Assembly (NCBI GenBank): GCA_018882745.1
Contig: VFFD01000001.1
Location: 5,060-69,059 of the forward strand
Source: Candidatus Nanopelagicaceae bacterium
GTDB taxonomy: Bacteria; Actinomycetota; Actinomycetes; Nanopelagicales; Nanopelagicaceae
Direction: 5' to 3'
Length of the DNA: 64,000 bases
Shown one piece after another: positions 56,071-64,000 of this stretch. Made by a program: the position numbers and the translations under genes. The notes under the pieces were generated by a model. The model made no database searches and was not told where the DNA came from. It worked only from the letters and a program-made list of their open reading frames with translations. Position 1 is the stretch's first letter. Every line of letters begins with the position of its first letter.

Positions 56071-57075
56071 TTAACGGCGCAATAATGATTTTGGCGATGA
56101 AATGAAACCAAATCCCCAGGAAAAATGCATAACAATCAAAACTATTGGTAGCAGAAGCTTTTCTTTTACTTTTTTGCCAACCCGCATTGATGCGAGCGTA
56201 ATTACCAACAAATAGCTTGTACTTGGAATGAGAAAAAGCGGATTGAGGAGAGTTCCTAAAAGCACTGAAGCGAGGTTGATAAGAAGATTTAATGGCGGTG
56301 CAAGATAACGGAAATTAATGGTTCCTTTATGGCGACGAGAGACAGCTCTTCGCCACCGGCCATATTCAAAATATTGTCGAGCCAATGTCTTAATTGTGTT
56401 TCGCGGACGGTAAATTACTTTTAACTCAGGGTTGAACCAGATCACTCCTCCATTCATTCGAAGTCGGTGATTCATCTCCCAATCCTGCGCGCGAATGAAA
56501 CTCTCGTCATATCCTCCGATAGCTTCCAAGGCACTGCGGCGAAAAACTCCTAGGTAGACAGTGTCTGTAGGGCCAGCGCTACCTCCGATATGAAATCGAG
56601 CAGAGCCAACACCGATGGGCGAGCTCATGGCGCGCGCAACTGCAGTTTGAAAGAGAGTTTTACCTTCTGCCGCCATCAATCCGCCCACATTTACTGCGCC
56701 CGTTGCGTCGAGAGTTTCGACCGCTTTTCTTATGTAATCTTTCTGAATTTCCGAGTGGCCATCGATTCGAACGATAATGTCATGACGAGTATTTCGAAGC
56801 GCTGCATTCAAGCCATGAGGTGTGTTTCCAGTGGGGTTTTCCACTACAACAATCCTGCTATCAGAACGCGCTAGTTCATCTGCAATTTCACGTGTTCGAT
56901 CTTGTGATGGACCAACAGCGATCACAATCTCAAGTTCTCCTTGATAATCAGAAGCAAGAGCGGAGTTGACCGATGAGCGCAAGTGCAGCTCTTCATTTTT
57001 AGCGGTGAGAATGACAGACACAGGCGGCGTAAGACCACCGTGGGATGTATCACCGGACTGAAATTGGCTCGTCAT
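56071..57075 (-). CDS. glycosyltransferase family 2
   Basis: PPVSVILTAKNEELHL and DGHSE motifs, plus C-terminal TM helices. Trimmed to ATG 57075 because the longer ORF overlaps the divergent LCP gene. Confidence 0.7.
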   Translation of the reverse strand: MTSQFQSGDTSHGGLTPPVSVILTAKNEELHLRSSVNSALASDYQGELEIVIAVGPSQDRTREIADELARSDSRIVVVENPTGNTPHGLNAALRNTRHDIIVRIDGHSEIQKDYIRKAVETLDATGAVNVGGLMAAEGKTLFQTAVARAMSSPIGVGSARFHIGGSAGPTDTVYLGVFRRSALEAIGGYDESFIRAQDWEMNHRLRMNGGVIWFNPELKVIYRPRNTIKTLARQYFEYGRWRRAVSRRHKGTINFRYLAPPLNLLINLASVLLGTLLNPLFLIPSTSYLLVITLASMRVGKKVKEKLLLPIVLIVMHFSWGFGFISSPKSLLRR

Positions 57076-57112
57076 AGCGTTCAAACCGTATCGTCCAATT
57101 ACTCTTGCTCCT

Positions 57113-58198
57113 GTGAAATCACCACGGGCAATTCGTTTCTTCACAATTCTTTCTATCTCAATCGTGGCGATTTCCGCTATCTCCTGGGCTGGCTTGGGCC
57201 GAATTACGGCTGCTATTCCAAAAATCGATGCGTTCGACGGACTTGATAACCGCCCCAAGAAAGAGTCTTCTGCCGTCAATTATCTCATTGTCGGTTCTGA
57301 CACACGCGAAGGATTGTCGCGAGCAGAAATTAAGCGACTAAAGGTGGGTGGAACAGAGGTTGCAGCGGGTAAAAGATCTGACACGATGTTGTTGATACAC
57401 ATCTCGAAGAAACGCGATAAAGCTGCCATTATTTCAATTCCACGTGATACATATGCGCTAATTCCAGAACACAAGACCTCACAAGGCAAAATAATTCCCG
57501 CCACGCATTCCAAAATTAATTCTGCATTTAATTGGGGTGGAGCTCCGTTGCTCATTCAGACATTTGAAGAGATGTCTGGGTTGAGAATTGATCACTATAT
57601 AGAAGTTAACTTCGTTGGTTTTGTAAGAATGGTTGATGCGCTAGGCGGAGTCGAGATCTGTACCAAGAAAGATATCAACGACCCTAAGAGTCACTTAGTG
57701 TTACCAGCGGGTCGTCATGTACTCGATGGTGTTGACTCACTCAAGTACGTGCGGACTCGACAGTTTGATGGTTTGGGAGATTTAGGGAGAATGAAGCGCC
57801 AACAAGAGTTTGCTGGTGCAATGTTGCGCAAAGCAACAAGTGCAGGCGTTCTACTCAATCCAATTACAATGGTGGATTTCGTTAATTCAGCGCTCGATAG
57901 TGTTGTTACCGACAAGAATCTTAATCAAAATGATTTACTCACATTGGGTAAGCAGTTGCGAAATCTCTCAGCTTCGAACGTTCGCACTTTGACAATTCCT
58001 TTGAAGTATTACAACTACTCCAAGAATGGTGTAACTGCGGCAGTCTTATGGGATCCTGTTCTAGCACCAGAACTCTTTGAGAAGATAAAGAATGATGATG
58101 CCCTTATCGAGAAAGTGAAGGCAGATCCTTCGGCTTCTCCAACTCTTGTGGATAAATTCAATACTGGTAGCGCAGCTGAAAACCCTTGTAAGGGTTAG
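57113..58198 (+). CDS. LytR-CpsA-Psr (LCP) family cell-wall glycopolymer ligase
   Basis: 361 aa with an N-terminal TM helix. NYLIVGSDTR, RSDTMLLIHI and RIDHYIEVNFVGF motifs. Confidence 0.8.
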   Translation: MKSPRAIRFFTILSISIVAISAISWAGLGRITAAIPKIDAFDGLDNRPKKESSAVNYLIVGSDTREGLSRAEIKRLKVGGTEVAAGKRSDTMLLIHISKKRDKAAIISIPRDTYALIPEHKTSQGKIIPATHSKINSAFNWGGAPLLIQTFEEMSGLRIDHYIEVNFVGFVRMVDALGGVEICTKKDINDPKSHLVLPAGRHVLDGVDSLKYVRTRQFDGLGDLGRMKRQQEFAGAMLRKATSAGVLLNPITMVDFVNSALDSVVTDKNLNQNDLLTLGKQLRNLSASNVRTLTIPLKYYNYSKNGVTAAVLWDPVLAPELFEKIKNDDALIEKVKADPSASPTLVDKFNTGSAAENPCKG

Positions 58199-58210
58199 GA
58201 TTCGGGGGCT

Positions 58211-59515
58211 ATGGTGAAACTATCCGTTGTTGGAACAGGCTATTTGGGCGCAACTCACGCAGCTGCAATGTCATCTTTGGGATTCACTGTCGTTGGCGTT
58301 GACGTTGATCAATCAAAGATTGACTTATTGCGCCAAGGCAAAGTTCCTTTTTTCGAGCCCGGACTTGAAGAGTTACTTAAAACTGAAGTTGATTCAGGCC
58401 GCCTTACGTTCACAACTGACTTTTCTGAACTTGCTGATTGCGATGTCCACTTTATTTGTGTCGGAACTCCGCAAAAGAAAGACAGCCTTGCCGCTGATCT
58501 GACATACGTTGATGCATCTGTAGCCGCTGTTGCGCCGCACGCAAAAGCAGGATCACTCATCGTCGGTAAATCTACGGTGCCTGTTGGAACAGCTAATCGC
58601 CTGGCAACCATGCTCCAGGAATTGAATCCTTCAGTTGAACTAGCATGGAATCCAGAGTTTCTCAGAGAGGGATTTGCTGTCGAAGATACCCTCCGTCCTA
58701 ATCGTCTTGTTGTAGGCGTTACCTCCGAGCGCGCTGAAGAAATTCTCAAGGAAGTGTATGCACCTCTATTAGCTAACCAAGTTCCTTGGATTAAGGCAGA
58801 TCTACCAACTGCAGAATTGGTAAAAGTCGCTGCAAATTCATTTCTCGCGACGAAGATTTCTTTCATTAACGCTATGGCTGAAATTTGTGAAGCAGCGGGA
58901 GGAGATGTCACTGTCCTTGCGCAAGCAATCGGCCATGATCCGCGCATTGGATCTCGCTTCCTTCAAGCAGGCATTGGATTTGGTGGAGGATGTTTGCCAA
59001 AAGATATCCGTGCCTTTATGGCTCGCTCTGAAGAGCTAGGCGCACGACAATCGCTGGAATTCCTACGTGAAATCGACTCCATTAACCTCCGCGCGCGGCA
59101 AAGAATGATTGATCTTGTGCGATCTGATTTAGGTTTGGATTTGAAGAGCAAAAAGATCGCAGTCCTGGGTGCGGCATTTAAACCAGATAGCGATGATGTT
59201 CGTGATTCGCCAGCTTTGGATATCGCTTCACAAATCAGCGCAGCTGGTGCTCATGTATCAGTCCATGATCCTAAAGCGATCGAGCCAGCACGTCGCCGTT
59301 TTCCTCATCTGTTGTATTCCAGTGCAATCGATGAGTGTGTAGCTGAGGCAGATGTGATACTTCATCTCACAGAGTGGAAGATGTATCGTGAGATCGATCC
59401 GAGCGAAATGAAAACTAAAGTGCGTCAAGCAATCATCATTGATGGGCGTAATGCACTTGATCGCGAAAAATGGGTAGCTGCAGGATGGAAATTTAGAGCT
59501 CTCGGAAGAAGTTAG
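58211..59515 (+). CDS. ugd: UDP-glucose 6-dehydrogenase
   Basis: 434 aa. VVGTGYLGATHAA Rossmann motif and catalytic GFGGGCLPKD. Confidence 0.85.
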   Translation: MVKLSVVGTGYLGATHAAAMSSLGFTVVGVDVDQSKIDLLRQGKVPFFEPGLEELLKTEVDSGRLTFTTDFSELADCDVHFICVGTPQKKDSLAADLTYVDASVAAVAPHAKAGSLIVGKSTVPVGTANRLATMLQELNPSVELAWNPEFLREGFAVEDTLRPNRLVVGVTSERAEEILKEVYAPLLANQVPWIKADLPTAELVKVAANSFLATKISFINAMAEICEAAGGDVTVLAQAIGHDPRIGSRFLQAGIGFGGGCLPKDIRAFMARSEELGARQSLEFLREIDSINLRARQRMIDLVRSDLGLDLKSKKIAVLGAAFKPDSDDVRDSPALDIASQISAAGAHVSVHDPKAIEPARRRFPHLLYSSAIDECVAEADVILHLTEWKMYREIDPSEMKTKVRQAIIIDGRNALDREKWVAAGWKFRALGRS

Positions 59516-59517
59516 TA

Positions 59518-60117
59518 ATGGCTCCTCGCGTCGTATTGGCTTCTGCTTCTCCTTCGCGACTGCGCCTGCTGAGCAGCTCTGGCATTACTCCCACGGTAAT
59601 TGTGAGTGGAGTTGATGAGGAGGATTCCTCTTATTCTAAACTCTCACCTCGTGAACTTGTGATTGCTTTATCAATTGTAAAAGCTCATACTGTTAAAGAG
59701 AAGGTCAACTTTCCTGCGCTCATTATCGGTTGCGACTCCACCTTCGAATTCGAGGGAGAGTCATTAGGCAAACCAAACACCCCAGAAAATGCAATCAATC
59801 GTGCAAAGCGTCTCCGTGGAAATAGTGGCCTGCTCCATACCGGGCATTGCATTATCGATAATGAAAAAGGAATAGAGATCTGCGATGTCGTCACAACTCG
59901 TGTGCATTTTGCAGATTTGAGCGATAGCGAAATCGAGCGATATGTTGCAACCGAAGAACCCCTCCATGTTGCAGGTGGATTTACTTTGGATGGAATTAGC
60001 TCTCCATTTATCACTTATATAGAAGGTGATTACTCAAATGTCATTGGCTTGTCACTTCCTTTATTGAGAAGGGCAGTTATTCAGTTGGGCTATGAATGGT
60101 TTGACCTTCACTCATGA
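59518..60117 (+). CDS. maf: Maf-like nucleoside triphosphate pyrophosphatase
   Basis: 199 aa. VLASASPSRLRLL and GCDS motifs. Confidence 0.85.
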   Translation: MAPRVVLASASPSRLRLLSSSGITPTVIVSGVDEEDSSYSKLSPRELVIALSIVKAHTVKEKVNFPALIIGCDSTFEFEGESLGKPNTPENAINRAKRLRGNSGLLHTGHCIIDNEKGIEICDVVTTRVHFADLSDSEIERYVATEEPLHVAGGFTLDGISSPFITYIEGDYSNVIGLSLPLLRRAVIQLGYEWFDLHS

Positions 60118-60557
60118 CTCTTTATGCTGCTTACGGTTCAAATCTTGACCCGCGCCAAATGTTGCTTCGTGCCCCGCATTCGCCACACCGCGGTACCGGG
60201 TGGCTCCGTGACTGGAGATTAACTTTTGGAGGCGAGGAGATTGGATGGGAAGGTTCAGTCGCAACGCTCGCTGAAGATTTAGGGCATAGCGTCTTTGTCT
60301 CCATCTACGATCTCACTCGCGCAGACGAAATCGCTCTTGATGAGTGGGAAGGCGTAACAACCGACCTGTATCGAAAAATTCGAGTTCGAGTAGAAACTCT
60401 CGATGGTTCACCACTCTGTTATGTCTATGTACTCAACTCCTTTGAAGGTGGACTTCCTTCGGCCCGTTATTTAGAAATTATGGTGAATGCCGCTAGAGAA
60501 GCAGGTGCGCCTGATGATTACATCTTGCACTTACTAGCGAGAGAGACGAGAGAGTAA
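60114..60557 (+). CDS. gamma-glutamylcyclotransferase (AIG2/GGCT-like) family protein
   Basis: 147 aa with YAAYGSNLDPRQM N-terminus. ATGA overlap with maf. Confidence 0.65.
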   Translation: MTLYAAYGSNLDPRQMLLRAPHSPHRGTGWLRDWRLTFGGEEIGWEGSVATLAEDLGHSVFVSIYDLTRADEIALDEWEGVTTDLYRKIRVRVETLDGSPLCYVYVLNSFEGGLPSARYLEIMVNAAREAGAPDDYILHLLARETRE

Positions 60558-60566
60558 GTTACCGCC

Positions 60567-62207
60567 ATGGATGAAGTGCTCCGAAGAGAAGTTGAAAAAT
60601 GGATTGCTGAAGATCCAGATACCGCCACTCAATCTCAATTACAGAAACTTCTTGATGGCAATAATGAAAGTGAGTTGCGTTCCTGCTTCTCGGGTTTCCT
60701 AGAATTTGGAACTGCGGGATTACGAGGTCCACTTGGTGCTGGTCCATCTCGAATGAATAGAGCGGTGGTTACCAAGACAGCTGCTGGTATTGCTCAATAC
60801 ATGAAGAAAAATTCATTAACCTCAGTCGTTATAGGACGAGATGCAAGATTTGGCTCAGAAGATTTCACGCGCGACACAGCAGAAATCATGCAAGGCGCTG
60901 GATTTGATGTGCATGTCATGCCCCGTCCATTACCTACGCCTGTTCTGGCTTTTGCAGTCCGAGAGTTGAAGTGCGATGTAGGGATCATGGTGACTGCAAG
61001 CCATAACCCTCCACAAGATAATGGCTATAAGGTCTATCTCGGCGGCTCCGTGAGCGGAATCCGATACGAAGGATCACAGATCATTTCACCTGCTGATCAA
61101 GAGATTTCTGCGGAGATCTCAATTGTTCCTCCCCTGCCGACTCTGCACCGAAAGACGGGTTGGAAAGTCGTGGATGAATCGGTTATCGATTCCTATATCG
61201 CTCGAACAGCGCACCTTTCAGAGCGCCCTGGAACACTAAAGGTTGTTTACACCGCAATGCATGGTGTTGGGACTGCAACGCTCACAAAAGTATTTGCTAC
61301 AGCAGGATTTCCTGAACCAATTCTGGTTAAGGAACAAGCTCAACCTGATCCGAACTTTCCAACCGTGAGCTTCCCTAATCCTGAAGAGCCCGGAGCTATC
61401 GACTTAGCTCTAGAAACTGCAGAGAAAGTAGATGCCGACCTTGTCATTGCAAATGATCCAGATGCTGATCGTTGTGCGGCTGCCATAAAAGATGCACGAG
61501 GTAAGTGGAGAATGCTCCGCGGGGATGAAGTGGGAGCGCTACTCGGTGAGTACATCGCCCAACGCGGCGTTGGAAAAGATTCAGTCATGGCCAACTCAAT
61601 TGTTTCATCAACAATCTTGAGCAAGATTGCTGCCCATTACGGAATTCAATTTCGCGAAACTCTCACTGGTTTTAAGTGGATTGCAAAAATTCCCAAACTA
61701 GCTTATGGATATGAAGAAGCGCTGGGTTATGCGGTTGATTCAGATGCTGTCAACGACAAAGACGGCATCAGCGCTGCACTTGTATTAGTTCAACTAGCAA
61801 CAGATTTAGCAAATCAGAATAAGACTATAAGAGAATTTTTGGATGAGATGTGGGGCCGTTATGGCTTCCATGGAACGCGACAAATTTCAGTCCGCACCAC
61901 GAGCGTGGAGCAGATAAATGGAATTCTAAAGAAGTTCAGAGAACAAACTCCTAAAGTTATCGGTCCTTTCTCTGTAGAGAAATTTGATGATCTCGAGCGT
62001 CCAACAGATGGTTTACCGCCAACTAATGGCGTACGTATGTATCTCCAGGGAGGCGCCCGCGTGATTGTGCGCCCTAGCGGGACTGAGCCAAAAATAAAGT
62101 GCTATATCGAAGTTGTGATCGGCGGAGATGTCCAGAAGGCTCGAGTCGATGCGGAGACGACTCTTGATCTTCTCGAAAGAGAGTTACGTAAACTCCTTAC
62201 TGCGTAA
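60567..62207 (+). CDS. phospho-sugar mutase (phosphoglucomutase/phosphomannomutase family, PmmB-like)
   Basis: 546 aa. TASHNPPQDNGYKVY active-site loop, DPDADRC Mg site and RPSGTEPKIK. Confidence 0.8.
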   Translation: MDEVLRREVEKWIAEDPDTATQSQLQKLLDGNNESELRSCFSGFLEFGTAGLRGPLGAGPSRMNRAVVTKTAAGIAQYMKKNSLTSVVIGRDARFGSEDFTRDTAEIMQGAGFDVHVMPRPLPTPVLAFAVRELKCDVGIMVTASHNPPQDNGYKVYLGGSVSGIRYEGSQIISPADQEISAEISIVPPLPTLHRKTGWKVVDESVIDSYIARTAHLSERPGTLKVVYTAMHGVGTATLTKVFATAGFPEPILVKEQAQPDPNFPTVSFPNPEEPGAIDLALETAEKVDADLVIANDPDADRCAAAIKDARGKWRMLRGDEVGALLGEYIAQRGVGKDSVMANSIVSSTILSKIAAHYGIQFRETLTGFKWIAKIPKLAYGYEEALGYAVDSDAVNDKDGISAALVLVQLATDLANQNKTIREFLDEMWGRYGFHGTRQISVRTTSVEQINGILKKFREQTPKVIGPFSVEKFDDLERPTDGLPPTNGVRMYLQGGARVIVRPSGTEPKIKCYIEVVIGGDVQKARVDAETTLDLLERELRKLLTA

Positions 62208-62234
62208 TGGACCTCCAAGCAATAGGATTCCAAT

Positions 62235-62621
62235 ATGACAACTATTAATTGGGAGACACTTCACACTGAAGCAATCGCTGCAATGAAGCGCGCTTATGCA
62301 CCATATTCAAAATTTCCCGTTGGCGTAGCAGCGCTTGCAGATGATGGACGTATTGTTACCGGATGTAACGTAGAAAATGCTAGCTACGGACTTGGACTTT
62401 GCGCCGAATGTGGTTTGGTCTCAAATCTTGTGCTCAATGGTCGCTCCATCATTCGAGCGATTTACTGTGTCGATGCACATGGAAATGCGCTCTCTCCTTG
62501 TGGACGTTGTCGTCAATTACTCTGGGAACACAGCACGCCTGATACTCAATTTATGACTCCCGACGGTCCAGCTCCACTCTCTACTCTTCTGCCATGGGCT
62601 TTTGGTCCTGAGAATCTATAA
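62235..62621 (+). CDS. cdd: cytidine deaminase
   Basis: 128 aa. CAECG and PCGRCRQ zinc motifs. Confidence 0.9.
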   Translation: MTTINWETLHTEAIAAMKRAYAPYSKFPVGVAALADDGRIVTGCNVENASYGLGLCAECGLVSNLVLNGRSIIRAIYCVDAHGNALSPCGRCRQLLWEHSTPDTQFMTPDGPAPLSTLLPWAFGPENL

Positions 62622-62636
62622 ATTCTGCTCGCAATA

Positions 62637-64000
<1,364 letters not shown>

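Overview
This is a very densely coded chromosomal segment with roughly 46-48% GC by eye. It comes from a streamlined actinobacterium. Lineage markers are WhiB1, WhiB2, MtrA/MtrB, PdtaS, MshB and the DUF3499, DUF3117, DUF3107 and Rv3235-family proteins. I call about 70 CDS, one tRNA-Arg(CCG) and one FMN riboswitch. I saw no rRNA, CRISPR array, transposase, integrase or phage genes, so this reads as core genome rather than an accessory island.

Gene content in order:
- nnrD, then a class-III aminotransferase with mmsA
- FMN-riboswitch-controlled ribD-ribE-ribBA-ribH
- DUF885, argG, and a Methyltransf-like gene
- a CrtI-like oxidoreductase with two small membrane ORFs
- LacI with a MalY/PatB lyase
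- an AlkA-like glycosylase, msrB, msrA, tRNA-Arg
- whiB1 convergent with pdtaS
- a SAF/CpaB-like plus CpaE/TadZ-like pair
- Rv3235-family, secA, comF, mtrB, mtrA, ahcY
- manB, DUF3499, DUF5719, a 1026-aa GT2 fusion, whiB2, manC
- dapC, fdxA, cysS, mshB, TetR, DUF3107
- an orphan ParA-like ATPase, DUF2236, MarC, PHP, EamA
- MgtE-N/CBS, DUF1003, mrp, tatB, an O-methyltransferase, pepA, DUF3117
- a 68-aa sigma-70 region-4-only protein, SRPBCC, LOG, dapD, SpoIID
- GT2 divergent from LCP-ugd, then maf, GGCT, a phosphohexomutase, cdd, add and a partial P450

No clearly novel multi-gene system is evident. The observations most worth a second look are:
- an orphan SAF + CpaE-like pseudo-ATPase pair with no other Tad components in the window
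- three tandem 13-bp repeats abutting the whiB1 ribosome-binding site
- a dapC gene whose conserved N-terminus is reachable only from a non-canonical ATC start with a perfect SD
- a stand-alone sigma region-4 mini-protein
- loss of lpqB, hpf, tmk and sigE-rseA-htrA from otherwise mycobacteria-like syntenic blocks
- several perfect palindromes and hairpins around whiB2

All family assignments rest on motif recognition by eye. No database search was run.
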